A stretch of DNA of 64,000 bases, from NCBI GenBank assembly GCA_004022145.1, contig RCNU01000013.1; one strand, 5' to 3'. Shown here piece after piece: positions 22,989-37,600 of this stretch (the first letter of the stretch is position 1; every line of letters starts with the position of its first letter). The stretch is from Paecilomyces variotii. Taxonomy: Eukaryota. The notes below the pieces were generated by a model. It searched no databases. It was not told the origin of the DNA and was given only the letters and a program-made list of their open reading frames with translations. Position numbers and translations under genes: made by a program.

Positions 22989-23857
22989 TTTGAAATGTCT
23001 CGACCGTGTTCCTGTTCTACTTCAATAGACTGTTACTTAACTGCGGACAGAGGAATAAGTGGGCGGCTGCGATTGAGTTGTCCGCACATGGAGAATTGAT
23101 TCGAGCCAACAAAAATAGACTGGTATAAACATACAAAAGGAGAAAGATGAAAAAGAATTTGAATACCTAGTGGTAGGAATTCGCTGGTGGTCATCCAGCC
23201 AGGCACTACTTACTTCCCTGAAGGTTTCACGTTGAAGAAGACGGTTTGGCGCTCGTGACAGTGATGTGACACGGGCTAATTTAATGTCAGCAGCTAAAAT
23301 CAACGGTCCTAAAAAGGTACCAACGCACTCGTATTCGGAGGAATAGCCATTATAGCTCAATTCTTAGTTGGCACTTAGTAACCAATCTATTAAGTATTAT
23401 TTCACAGGCGAGTCGGCTATCCGTCCGAACTTTCTAGCGTTTATTGCCTTTTCCCTAACCCAAAGTTCGCTGTATATCATACAAATTGCTTGGCGAAAAA
23501 GGAGTATCATCACATTCAGTCGCTGGAGAGACTAATAGATACCTCAGTGATAGTTGTCGCCCTCAAGTCCACGCTGTTTGAGCTCCCCAGTTAGTGGTCT
23601 ATATAGTCGGGACACAGAGCTTCCCATATTACCCATGGCCAAGTCCGTACTCCGTAACTAAATAGTAGTAGAAACGCATATGCCGTAATTATAATATACC
23701 GAATCCCGATATTAGTCGCTAGCCTAGGATTTATATGCTCGCAATAAGAAACATGGTATATTCACTGAAACGCTCGTCCGGAGCAGGAAGACAGGTCATA
23801 AGCTTCTGTTAGACATGCGCTGCAGAGTCTACGCCGCTGAGATAGGGCGAGTCGGCC

Positions 23858-25330
23858 CTATGGCTCTTCACCAAAGGGGTAGTTGAATTTCAGCAATCCG
23901 TTCAGGCCGCCGACCCATCCGTCGTCTGCGTCGCCAACCCCGAGCGTCCTTCTCATGACACAGGGCACGCCGCCGCGCCAGTCGTTTTTCCCATGTCGGA
24001 TCTCCTCGTCCCAGACACGGACCTCCGTCCCGACAGCCATGCCGTGGCGCATGTTGACGCCGTCGATGCTTACCTCGACCTCGCGTCCGCGGTTCTTCTG
24101 GCTCAATCGTAGGGTAACCGGAGTGCTGGAAGGTAACACCAACGGCCGAAAACTAAGGCTTCGGGGGCAGATGGGCGTCAGCAGCAAAGACGGCACCAGC
24201 GGATGGACGATGCTGCCTCCACTACTGAGACTGTACGCCGTACTTCCTGTAGGCGTCGAGATGATCATGCCATCGGCCACAGCTTCCGTAAGGAAGCGTC
24301 CACCGACAAACACGTCGATGATGGTTAAATGCGGCTCCTTACCGCGGTGAATCAGGACCTCATTCATCGCATAGACGCCCTCAGTTCTACCGTCAGCTCC
24401 GGGCTGGAACACGTCCCGATGAGGCCGCACGGGCTTCCCGTCAGGCGCATAGAGCCCGACCTTGAGGCGATTTCGCATCAGAATACGGGCGCCGCGAGAG
24501 GAGCCCATGGATTTGCCACGGATGGAGGACCATCCCGTAGGACCAAGCGCTGCTTCTGTCTGCTCCATAGTGGGTTTATGACGATGATGAGGAGGAGAAT
24601 CATCCAGAATGGAAGTGCGATCTCCGACTCCAGCACCGGACATGTACACCTCTCGGAACGCTCGCTTATACTCTGCGAACTTCCATTCACTGAGGAACCC
24701 GAGTGTGCCCATACTAAATGAGAGAACGGGAGGAACATCTTTACATGTGGCAAAGAGAGACGATGCGCGTAAAATGGTCCCGTCCCCTCCGAGAGTAATG
24801 GCTAGGTCCACCTTTTCATGTGCAGCAGTGGAGAGCACACCACTGGACTTGCTGGAGTACACGGGAAACGAAAGAGACGAGTGTACTTCAGCAGCTGTTT
24901 TTGGCTCCAGGATGATACTAATTGACGGGTATGTAGACACAACATGACTAGGATACATGGTTAATAGAAGGCCATGTTAGGTGGCGGAAGAGGTCCCCGT
25001 ACTTAACTAATTCAATCAGGGCTTCAGTCACATCTGGAGCTGAGTCCTTTTTCACCAGCAGTATATTTCTAGGTGGGGCTGGCCATTTCAAAGATAGAAG
25101 ATCGCTCTGTCGCGATTCTAACATCGCATGGATCAGCAACGGCCAACAACAAGATCTTGACAGGACATTAAGTTTCAGCACGTACCTTGATATTTAGGAA
25201 TATACCGTTGCGGAAGCGTCTCGATGTCTCTGATTTCTCGATATGATGATGAAGCAGAGAACGGCCGGTGCCATTGTGCCCAGCCTGTCCGTCCCAGCCA
25301 GTGACCTCGAGGCCGGAAAGACATGTGCAT
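23858..25330 (-). CDS. POS5: Mitochondrial NADH/NAD kinase; introns 25185-25118 and 25002-24948
   Basis: LGGDGTIL, GTLGFL, NEV and ADGMIISTPTGSTAYSLSSGG NAD-kinase motifs; Arg-rich N-terminal presequence; both splices are in frame. Confidence 0.88.
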
Positions 25331-26153
25331 GGCGGCGGAAAGGTAAGCAAAATGACTTTGTATACACAGACAATCAAGGGATACCAAGAAATGAGCGTCT
25401 TCCGAGTTCACCGTCTAGTCTATACTGTCTCTTCATGTGCCATTTTCCGACAGATCACGATTCGTGATCTTCTGCTCGGCAGAAGTGGTATAACCAATCC
25501 TAGCACTTTGGCTAGATCGTACAATGCATCTTCAAGAATCAGGCTGGTTAGTAATTGAGCAGACACGTAAATGTGCAAATGCTGTTGTCTTCACTATCTT
25601 TTGTTGTACGTTGACAGACACAGAGTATGATGATCGATCAGCGTGGCACGTGCAGGCTGGAATTCTCCCGTAATCAATCGATCTGCCGGCAGAACAAAAT
25701 CACCCTTATCGGGCTGTCCACACCGCTTTCCCCCAGAGCCGAGGCCTTTATGGCCCGTGCACGAGGACGTCACCGGGATCCAAGCATGATTATGGTAATC
25801 AATCTTGTCCACGCGATCCTGGTGCTTTTCCGGGGAAAGCCGTTGTTCGCTGGTGCATCTATCTGTCCCTAACATAACCACACTCGCCATCAGCCGGAAT
25901 CACAGGCATATTCAATACATCCCTTGCCAGGCAATATTGTCTGCTCATGCTATGACAACGAAAACAGGCGCGGTCGTCTCTTCGAAGTGAACGATCGTTG
26001 GATCTCCCGAAGACACCGCTTGCTGTACTCTGATTATGCTGTCTGCTGTTTGATTGAGCCCCGACCGAACAAGATAAGACATTGGCGTCTTTAACACAAC
26101 TATATCCACGACGGAAACCTCTTACAGATTTAACAGTGCCATTACCTTCCACG

Positions 26154-27474
26154 ATGCAGGCGTCCGACATCCGACTGCGCAAGGCTGCTTCTTCCCCGGA
26201 TCAGACACACCACGCCAATGGGATCCTGAGAAAAGACAAGGGAGCGGAGCAGCGGTTGAAACATGGCATTCCCATGCAACTCTTGCGAACGCTTCTGCTC
26301 GCCACTTGGTTTAATTGTTGCGCTGTCACCATCGTCGCTACGCAGTTACTAGGCTCTCCGTTGTACCTGATAAACAAGAAATGGTTCTATAACTACATGG
26401 CGATCACGAAGCAGAGCTTTGGCTTGGTGATTACTGCCATGACTGAGTGGGGATGTCCAACACTTGTCCGTGTCAGTGGGGATAAGAGTGTGAGAGGAGA
26501 GCTAAGTGTGGCTAAAGACGGGAGGTTGGAATCGGGGTTCTCTGAGCGGCTCGTCCTGATTGCCAATCACCAAGTATATACCGACTGGCTCTACTTGTGG
26601 TGGTTCGCCTACACGAATCGCATGCACGGTCACATCTTTATCATCTTGAAGGAGTCCCTCAAGTATATCCCCGTCATCGGACAAGGCATGATGTTTTATG
26701 GCTTCATTTTCATGGCCCGCAAATGGCAGTCGGACAAGCCTCGACTGCAGCACCGTCTGGAGAAGCTGAAGACAATGTGTTCAGGACCGATGTCTGGATC
26801 GCAGCCCTACGACCCTATGTGGCTTCTCATCTTCCCGGAGGGGACGAATCTATCCGCCAATACGAAGAGAAGGAGTGAGGAATATGGCGCAAAAAACGGA
26901 CTGCCTCTGTTCAAGCACGTTCTTCTGCCGCGTACCACGGGGCTCTTCTTTTGCCTCCAACAACTGAGGGGTACGGTTGATTGGGTATATGACTGTACTG
27001 TAGGATATGAAGGACCACCGTAAGTAATGCCTTCTGAGTATACCGTCTCAATGGTGCTAATTATTCCTTGCACGAAACAGAAAAGACAGTCTCCCCGATA
27101 AGTATCTGACTTTACGCTCGACTTACTTGCAGGGACGCCCTCCTAAGTCAGTCTGCATGCACTGGAGGCGATTCGCCGTGAGCGAAATTCCTTTGGATGA
27201 CCAGAAAGAGTTTGAAGCCTGGCTCTTGGCTCGTTGGGCCGAGAAGGATGAGCTACTTGAAGAGTTCTTTGAGACTGGCAAATTCCCAACAGAGCTAGAA
27301 GGATCTATTTCCTGCCATTCGACAGACGAAGACCAGAAAACTGCTGCAGCTCACGGATATGTAGAGACAGATGTCAAATTGGGCCATTGGTCTGAAGTCG
27401 GACATATATTCACGGTGCTTGTGGGCGCTGCGTTGCTCTTGAAAATACCCAAGCTTCTGTTTAGAGGAGCGTAA
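26154..27474 (+). CDS. Lysophospholipid acyltransferase (PlsC family, Cst26/Psi1-like); intron 27020-27080
   Basis: NHQVYTDW (HX4D), LKESLKYIP, IFPEGT and HVLLPR motifs; C-terminal WxxKDxLLEEF. Confidence 0.85.
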
Positions 27475-28020
27475 AGAGCCAAATGCTGGGTTCTTATGTT
27501 TATTTGAGCTTCCGAGTCACGCTCATAAATGTGGCAGCTGGGACGTTCTTGGAGTGAGCCTCGAGGCTTGACTACGACACACGATTTGTTTATTCGACTG
27601 ACGAGCAACATGCGGGGGTTTTCTAAAGGAGTCACAGATATACAGTATCTATTTCAATTTTGCTGTAACAACCCTTGGGCTTTGACTTCTCAATCGATCA
27701 TTTAATAATTATAATAACCTACTCTAAAAAAGAGTCAGCTAGGCTGTAAACGCGGGCTGTGGCGTCTGTGGCGGTGTGGCCCCGACCGGCGCCGACGTCC
27801 CAGCCTCAATCCTCGTCCGCGCAAGAGACACAGTTCGCAAGCTCTTTCTGCTCTTCATCATCCTTCCAGGTGTAGCACACCAATCTTGAACGGTGCTCTT
27901 GCTGTCTCTACGAGCCCGTCACGTCAATTTTCATTGTCGCCAGGCGACCATGAGTTAGGTCGTGAAACCTGCCCAGCTACCTCGGACCTGTCGCGACTCT
28001 AGTCTTCGGACAGAGGCATC

Positions 28021-31000
28021 ATGGCGCCTCTGCAGAATGGCTATGGGAATGGCCTGAATGGCGAGGATCTCACCTCTCCCACCTCTATTGCGAATTTCCG
28101 CTTCTCCGACATCCCCTCTGCCATCGATATCCCCGCATCGACGTTCGACAGCGAGGTCGAAGTCAGTCTTGAAGAGTTACCAGATGATCCCACGGAGCTG
28201 TGCACTCTGCTCGAAAATGAGAAGGCTGCGAAGAACTTTTGGGTGATTATAGCTCTCGCGTACGCGAAGCAGAAACAGATCGACCATGCGATTGATATCT
28301 TGAACAAGGGACTTGCTTCAGTCTCCCATGGCGCCACGAAGGAGAAGCTGGGGCTGTTGGCGTGGGTTTGTTGGCTGCTGCTGCTGAAGAGTCGACAGGC
28401 GCCTAGAGTCGCGCCGGACGGTGGACTTTACTCGGAGGCCAAGACGAAGGATCATTATCTGCAGCTTGCGACGTCAACGCTGAACGAGGCTTCGCGACTC
28501 AATCCTGCGTTCCCGCCCTTGTTCCTTGCTCGTGGTGTTCTCTCTCTGTTGCGTGCTTCTCTGTGCCCGCCCAAGGTCGTTCGTCCGGGAGCAGTCGATA
28601 CTTCTGAGAGAGTGGAGTCGTTGCGGCAGGCGTTGAAGTCTTTCGATGAGTCGTCTAAGGCTTTTGGGGGCAGGAACGTTATGGCCCTGCTTGGAAGGGC
28701 TAGGGCATTGTATCTTCTTGGAAGATACCCCGAGGCCCTGGAAGGATACCAGAAGGTGTTGATGAAGATGCCCAGTCTGACTGATCCAGACCCAAGAATC
28801 GGTATTGGAAGTTGCTTGTGGCAGCTTGGCTTCAAGGACCAGGCTAAAGTGGCCTGGGAGAGAGCTCTAGCTCTGGTATGTTGTCATTTATGCAATATGA
28901 AAAAACATATCTAACGTATCTTATAGAATCCGGACTCGAAAGTCGCCAATGTCCTCCTTGCTGTCTACTACCTGTACAGCAGTTCCCGTCATGCCACCAC
29001 GGATCCCGCCTTTGGGTCGCTGTACAAGATAGCGATGACCCAGTATACACAGAAGGCTTTGAAGCTGGACAAAGAATATCCGATGACCTGTGCCTTGTTC
29101 GGTAGCTACTTCCTGCTGCGAAAGGCGTACCCGACGGTGGAGACATTGGCGCGCAAGGCTATCGAGCGAACCGATGTTATGTCCATTGCCAGTGATGGAT
29201 GGTATCTGCTTGCGAGAAAGGAGCACTATGAGGGCGATGCTTCAAAGGCTTCCGAGTACTATAACCGATCCGATCAGGCCAGAGGTGGTTCGGAACAGGG
29301 CTATCTTCCTGCAAAGTTTGGTACGGTGCAGATGCAAGTGAAGAATCGAGACTACGATGGCGCCAAATTCCGTCTGGAAAAGATCATCCAGCAGACCAAG
29401 AACCCGGAGTGCATGATGCTGCTTGGTGCACTTCAAGCTGAGGAAGTGTTTGCAGCTCAGAGAAGCAGTACCAAAGAAGATAAATCCGCCGAGGCTAAGA
29501 AAGCTATCAGTCTTTTCGAGGGTGTGCGAGCTATGTGGAAAGACGAAAAGAAGAAGCTCACTCCCGATGAGTCTGTGCTGGTCTATTTGTCTCGCTTATA
29601 TGAAACCGTTGCTCCAGAAAAGAGCATGCAGTGTCTCACCCAACTCGAGCAGATGCAGCTCGCGCAGATCCCTGAAGAGGATCGGCCAGAGGATGTCGAG
29701 GACGAGGAGACCATGAACGCTATTCTGCGGGAGAATCTGCCTCCCCAGCTTCTCAACAACATCGGTTGTTTCTTCTATCAGTCCGAGAAGATCGAGCAGG
29801 CCAGGAACATGTTCCAGACTGCATTGAATGCTTGCGTGAAATCTCGGGAGCGGGATGAGGAACTTGACACTGATGCCCTTGTGACGACCATTAGTTACAA
29901 TCTCGCGCGCACTTACGAAGCGGCCAATATGCCAGACGAAGCGAAAAAGGTCTACGAGGGTCTGCTGGAGAGGCACAAAGACTACACGGAGGCAAGCGCA
30001 AGACTAACATACATCGCCTTGCGGCAGAGCCCTACCGATGAAGGCCCCAAGAAGATGGCTAAGCTATATGAGACAGAAAACACGGACCTGGAAGTGCGTG
30101 CTCTGTTCGGATGGTATCTCAGTAAGTCGAAGAGACGCGTGGCAAACCTCGCGGAAGACCACGAACAACGGCATTACAAGCATACTTTGCAGCACTTCGA
30201 CAAGCATGACAAATATTCCTTGACTGGCATGGGCAACGTGCACCTTCTTACCGCCCGAGACATGCGGCGCGACACCGATCAGGATAAGGAGAAGAGGAGA
30301 AAGATGTACGAGCGAGCTGTCGAGTTCTTCGACAAGGCTCTGCAACTTGATCCGAAGAATGCCTACGCAGCTCAGGGTATCGCCATCGCTCTTGTTGACG
30401 ACAGAAAGGACTACAGCACGGCGGTGCATATCTTTTCCAAGGTCCGTGATACGCTCAAGGATCCCAGCGTCTATCTGAACTTGGGACATGTGTACGCGGA
30501 ACTGAGGCAGTTCTCAAAGTCTATCGAGAACTACGAAATGGCACTCTCGAAGGACCGAGCTCGAGATGCCCAAATTCTGGCCTGTCTTGGAAGAGTCTGG
30601 TTCCTCAAGGGCAAGCAGGAGAAGAGCATATCTGCGATGAAGGCGGCGCTGGATTACGCCCAGCGTGCTCGTGAGGTCGCACCGGAACAAATCCATCTGG
30701 AATTCAACGTGGCGTTCGTCCAGAATCAGATTGCACTTTTGGTCTATGGCTTGCCAGACACCCAGAGAACTGTCCAGGATGTGCAGGAGGCGTCTGCAGG
30801 CCTGGATGAAGCCATCGAAGCTTTCGATCGCATTGCGAAGGCAAAGAATCCTCCTTACCCTCGCGGAGCATTGGAACAGCGCGCGAACATGGGTCGTAAC
30901 ACGATCCGTAAGCAGCTTGAGCGCGCCTTGCAGAGCCAGAAAGAATACGAAGAAAAGAATGCTATCAAGCTTCAACAGGCTCGCGAAGCTCGTGAGGCCG

Positions 31001-31656
31001 AGATTAAGCGACGTGAAGAGGAAGTCAGAAAAGCACGAGAAGCTGAGGAGGAAAGGAAGAGGAAAATCGCAGAAGAAAGACAACGGATGGTTGAAGAAGC
31101 CGCGCGACTCGCTCAACAACGCGCTGAGGAAGAACGCGCGAGGGAAGAAGCCGAACTGACGACGGATGAGGAGACCGGCACCAAGACCAAGAGGACGAAG
31201 AGGAAGCCTTCCAAGCGCAAGAAGAAGGCCGAAGATGCTGAGAGCGATGGAGACTCATCACGCCGTGGCAGAAGCACAGAACCTCCAAGTGATGGCGAGT
31301 CTGCACCTAAGAAGCGCAGACGACTGGAGCGGAGGTCTGCTGCCAAGGAGAATACCAAGTACAAGAGCAGCGAAATCGTCGTGGATTCCGACAGCGAAGA
31401 AGGTGGTGTGGACAACGCTCGTACGGCTGAATCTGATCACGATGAGCAGATGGGCGGTGCTGGTGATGAGGATGAGGGAGTTGTTCGAAGCCGTCGGAAG
31501 ATCACACGCCGGATCGAAGACGATGACGACGAGGAAGAAGAGGAAGCTGAAGCTGCTGCACCTGCAGATGATGACGATGACCTATTTGGTGAAAAGTCCG
31601 GCGACGAGGGGGCCAAGAATGAGGATGCGGAAATGAAGGATGACGATGAGGAATAA
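28021..31656 (+). CDS. CTR9: Paf1-complex TPR subunit Ctr9; intron 28876-28926
   Basis: Tandem TPRs, DPRIGIG, KALQLDPKNAYAAQGIAI, charged C-terminal tail with KYKSSEIVVDSD. Confidence 0.92.
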
Positions 31657-34600
31657 GCGTAATCTTCTCTTTCTCTCGGTGTCGTTTACCATCATCAATT
31701 ATTTCTTGTCATTCTCAACTATCCCAGCTTGTCCAGGCAGCATTTTAAGGAAAGCCACAACAAATAGCTTCGCATTTGAATACCCTGACTTTTTGAAGGC
31801 GTCGGTGGTTGTATAGGTTGGGGGTTTATTTCCAGTGTATTCTAACAGAAAATTACTATATTATTTTGTCCAGCGGTTGTCTAAATGCATCAATTTGAAA
31901 GACTATGATTGTCGTCTCAATATTATATAGGTTACTATTTTCTCATTTACAACCTATAACTATTCATCCCTGGTTTATGCCATGGGAGTGAACTTCAATT
32001 CCCCGTCTATTTTCCTTTTTTTCCGCTTGTGTCACGACACAGAAGCAATCTTCATCCATATATCAAACGGCCCCAAAAACCCAGCTCATCTCAGCAGGAA
32101 AAAAAAAGCAAAAAAGCCCCTGAGAAGCGAAGGAAAAAAAAAAGATAAGATTCCAACAAACACAAACCAGCAAACATACGCAGGTGGCACATCCCTGATA
32201 AGTTTGCTTGTCCACACACCCCTAGACTAACTAACTTATCCGACTCACCGTACGGACTACTCGTAGATAGTACTGTACATACTACATGTACATACTACGC
32301 CGCAAACTACGCCGCAAAACTACAGCCTGCAGCGGTATTTAGGGCTTGTTGATCCCGATCTGCATGTAACATCTGTTCCAGGGACCCGAAAGGAGTCGCT
32401 CATTCCTTCTTTGTTGTCGTCAGCCTTATTTTCAACCGGCTCTAACTAGTTAGTTATCTAGAGTGGTTGATGAGTTAATATCCATTTGTTCTTTCGATAG
32501 TAAGAATAAAACGAGATAGGATAGGATGGGTGTGTTTTCCAGATTAGGGACTTACATATATTTTACTGTAGTGTGCTACAATGCGATGTGATGCAGCTGG
32601 GTTTATCTTCGATAATATGTAGTGTAGAGTAAGTGGACGAATGGGAGGGAAAGGAATACGTCCCCTGCAGTTGCAGGTGTAGTATGCAGCATTTAGTTAC
32701 ATATACCTGTCCTCGGGACTATAATATTTAATATTACATTGTAACTATTCCGGAACTAACCGCATGAAATAACTACGGATAATATACCTAGGATAACACG
32801 AGATAAGATCTGTAGATAACGGACGAGAGTATAATTTATTTAGTGATAAATATTAAATAGTCCACGCACGGTAGGAATTCAGTCTGAAGATTCGGATGAA
32901 TTATTAGTAACTATCAAATATCTATCCCAGATTTCAGAATTATATCTAACAACTAGTTAAGAGTAATTGTTTATTATGCGGAGAATAATATTTACCCCAT
33001 ATCTACTGGTAGAAAATCCAGAAAATTCGGACAAGGGTACTTATGGAACAACGGTAAGCAGAAAGAAAAAAAAAAGAAAGAAATCCTCCGAATCCGGGGA
33101 TTGGAGTTAGAGGGTGGTGATCTGGTCTCCATTCCCTGTTTAACTAATATTACCCCGTACAGCCTCACGCATGCGAGCGCGGGTATGGGGCCGGATAAAA
33201 TAAAATAAAATAAAATAAGTAAAATCAATCATTGGGTTTTGTGTGATTAATTTTACTGATTTGGGTATGTATCGTCCACTTACTATTGGATCAGATCATG
33301 CATGGTTGTTTTGCTTGCTAGACGATCATATCATTTTAGCATAAAGTAAGTAATCATTAGAGCAGGGAGTACGGAGTATAAGTTACTTTACTTACAAGGA
33401 TCTGCTTAATTTTCCGATATGATTCCCCAGACGACCAGTTAGCACAGTGCCACAGAAAGATTCCGGAAGTTTTTGACCAGGGTGAAGTTGGGGGGAGGGT
33501 GGTTCGACTCTTTCGAGTCTCGACAGCTCTAGAATGCCAGGGGGAGTTGATGTTCTATTGACATCTGGAACTGCGAGTGTATCAGGTAGATAGTTTTTTT
33601 GCTGGCCGTTATCGTCTTATCGATTATCTAGTTAGTTAGCTACCAATTCAATAAACCCGAGATTCGAGGATGGATCCAAATTGGTCTATCTACGGTCTAG
33701 TTAACTATAGTATAAGTTATGTTCCTTTTTCTGGAGAAGGGATTACTATCATCATCATCATCATCAAGTGGTCTTTTAATCTATCGCTCCACCTGTGCTA
33801 ACTACTCCTGTTACTAGTTAAAAAGATTCTCAAATGATTTTCCATCACGCCCAGCTAGCCACGGAGTAGGTTTAGGTTTTACTCTACTAGTTCACCCTCG
33901 TTCTAGTCGAGTTTAGGTCCTGTTCATCATTTTTCAGCTTTGCTTCTCGGCTTTTGGCGGATTTCATCGTCGCAGAAACTCCACTGTGGGCGGTTTCGTC
34001 TGCCCATTATTGCCCCCCCTCTTTTTCCACACGGTCGCTTCGTCTTTCTCTCCATTATCCACAATCCGTTAGACTGGATATTGATTCTATGGAATTTGGG
34101 AGGGGGGGGGTCATATGAGTCAGTTGTTGATATCGGATTGTTTGCACTCCAGAATACTTATTGATCGACCGGTGGATAAAGATCTACGCGGGAATAGAAA
34201 AGATCTGGCGGAGGGATAGATGAAAGAAAGCGAATTGCTCAGAAAGGAAGGTCTTTTCTTTCTTGTGGATTATTATTATGTATTATTCTCGTGGAGGCTT
34301 AGAGATTTGCCCGACTTTGACGGACGGGGTAAGTGTCGGATCAGATAAGCTGGACGAGCTGGACGAGTTGCTATGAAGACGGGATGAAAGGTAATTATCT
34401 ACCGTTGACGGAGACGGTCTGGTTGTGAAGAGAAGAGTACTAGTTAGTCAGTTCGTTAATGCTGACCAGCTTCTTCTACCTAGAATATTATTGTTATTTA
34501 AGCTATCTAGTAGTATCTACAGTAGTACAGAGAGCATCACGATGTGGGCTTTGACCTCGTAACCATGTCTTCATCCCTTGCTTCATGCCGTGGCACGATA

Positions 34601-37600
34601 CCGATCTCTATAGAATACTGTCACTGCAATAGGCTCATTGGCTGCGGATATCTCAATTGATCTCGATGCGAGTCTGCACGGCCTTCGGTGCTTTGACTCA
34701 TGAAAGCTCTCTCTCCTAACAGCTGTTAGATCGTCAAGAACACCAGCAACGCAACGTAATAGTTACGGGCCGGGCATAGATCGGGTCCCGAGGTGTCGTG
34801 GGATGTCAATTGCGCCGACTCGGGCCTTTTTTTGTCAACGGTTCCTGGTACCTGTCGATGATCCCACGGCAAGTCGATCTCCAACCGGAGATCCGTCTTG
34901 ATGGCTCTCAGATGGCGTTCATGGAGATTCTTATGTATATTATTAAACACCCACCAAGTGTCTTTCTGATCAGTATCTAACTATCTACTTCGATAGAATT
35001 TCTATAATAATACAAGCGAAACGGACCTAGAGCACCGCACACCTGGTTTCTGCCACATGCCGTCGGTTTCAAGTTCGAACCTGACAGTTCCGCGTGGTTT
35101 TTCAACGGTCGTCCTCGTCAGCTTGGGGCCAAAGTCCCCAGCCGGAATGTAACCGTTGGACAGATTAGACAGACGGTGTAAAGTTACTTTTGAAACGTCT
35201 CCGCGGTCCTTCTTGCCGGTCCTCAGAGCCGGAGCCCGCTAGGTGAGGGGAAAAAGAAAAGACTAGCTAGTTTGGATGCATAAAAAGTCAATGAAGCCAG
35301 GCGGATTATTGTCGACTGATTGGAGAATTGGTCGATGTAGACGGGATTTTCTGTCCAATTGTGGATGAGAAAAATAGTAAAAAAAAGAAAACGCGTCCCA
35401 AGCAATGGAAAAGATAAGAAAGAAAAAACCACTGCAGAGGAGCGTCAATATGAGCGATTATTGTTATTTCTTACGGTTTCACTGCGGCGTCCCCAGCCTA
35501 TATTCTTGCGTGTTCCCTTCCTTGGCGCGCTCTGTATTGGACAATACTTAATGGAACCATCCTGACCAGACCAGACTAACAATAAAAGCGTGCATTGTGC
35601 ATCGTCAAGACCGTTTCCGACCACGTTGACGGCTCCGAGCGACCACGAGGATGAAAGCTGCTGCCGTGAACCTTACCTTTTCGCCGGCCGAGCTGGAGTT
35701 CCTCGAGACTCGAGAGAGTGATCTGCGCCCAGCGAATTGCTCCACCGGTTGAAGGAATAGTTCATCCCAGGAACCATGGAACGCGGCAGTTCCCCGTGGA
35801 CACACACACACACACACACATATTATGGTATTATTATTGATCTTGCCATTATTCATTATCCTCGGGGACTCGTGAAGCGATATACATACATACATAGTTA
35901 CGGGACAATGCGCAAATAATTAATCATCATCGCGACTTACGCCGTCTGCGATCGCGAACCCACTGAGCAGCGCAACTAACCATCCTCAAGCCACATTCTC
36001 CAGTCGTGGGAGAACAGAGGCTTAAGAGAGCTTTCCACCCCCACTTGATTATTGGATCGTATCCGATCATCTGCGATATCGTCTACAGAATAGGTAACGG
36101 GTGGTATCGTTGGAACTTGGTAGAGAGAGAGAGAGATGCGGACATGGGATCTACCAGCCTTGCAGAACCCGTCGGGGTTGTATAGAGTATGGTATACTAG
36201 TATTGCCATGGGTCTTCTCACAATACTGGAACCGTCACACCGCCGGGGACCTTCTGCAGTTTTCTTTCACCGAAAGATTCTGCAGAAAAAAAAAAGAAAA
36301 GAAAAGAAAAAAGGCCGGGATGATATCAGGCACGGCTCGATGTTATCCTCTCTGTCAAGCGGATCATCCCGAGGCTGGGATGATGGGATATACCTGGCGG
36401 CAGGAGTGACAACCCAGCATCTTGCGCTACGCTACTCGACTCTATATTACTCTAGACGCGAAGTAACAACCATCTAGTTACTGCTGCTGTACCGCGTTGC
36501 GCCTAGGACAGCGTCAGCCGGTGTACAGCAGCGGATTTATTGATCCCTCCCCTTGTCGCACGGTGAGGAAGCCTGAACAGCTTCTCTCAGTAAGTTATTG
36601 TTATCGAGTAGCCTCAAAAACAAATAAGATCATAATAATATCTGGACGGGGGAGCCTGGATCCTGACGACGCATGGAGAACCCAGCGTCACAGCGGGTTG
36701 TCCATCGGGTTGGACTTGGGATGCTACACCAAAGTAGGGAAACCGACCGCGATCCGCTAGAGTAGGATGATAGCGAACACGGACTCATCCCGCATACTGG
36801 TACGTCTGCTGGAGGATTTATTGAGGATTAGTTATTGAGTCCGCAATCCAAACGGCCTTGCGCAGCTAGAGTGCGTTCGTCCCCCCACTGATGCTTCTCG
36901 TTCAGCCACCATCGACCCGGTCTCGCACCAACAGGGTTGACCCAGGGAGCTGTGAGGTGTTCTGATACGCCCAGCCGTGGTTCCTCACTGTTCGGTGTTC
37001 ATCATCTGCGGACAGGAACTGCCCCTGAGCACGGGTGGACAAGAGTTGTTATTATTATTATTCTTCCGCTTAGGCAGACCGGCTAGTCGGGTCATCCCAG
37101 AGAGAGAGTAGTGAGTCTATGATGGGGTTACTCATGAGAAGATTGAATAGAAGAAGAAGAAGATAATAACAAGACCATACCTCGTATATCTTTTGTTCTA
37201 AACACATGTCATGGACTGGATCTGACAGGCTGGCCGGCCTGAAACATACGGGGGGGAGAGGGAATAATTGCTAGTTAGCTAGACTTTGGGGCTAAACAAC
37301 GCGCGTGTGGACAAACCAGCCAGAACGATCGCGGTTCTAACTTCTCGCTCTAGTTAAGCTAATTCGCTTCTGAACCTCCAGAAAAGCGAACTTGTCCCCT
37401 GGCTACGCCCCACTGACGCCGATTCTTTCTCAAAGAGAAATCCACAGCGTTGGATTCACAACTATTTGCACGTTTGACGCCGTTTTCGCTGGCGTCTGGC
37501 CCTTTCCCCGGAACCTCCTGCTGCTGGTCGAACAATCACTCGACGCGATCAGCATTCAGGCACGGCAAACTATCTGCCGCGCGCTGTCTGTGCGGTGTTT

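Noticed and set aside
14400-23700. Starship or other mobile element as the explanation for the island
   Set aside because: No tyrosine-recombinase captain, transposase, TIRs, LTRs or target-site duplication could be identified by eye; mobility is unsupported
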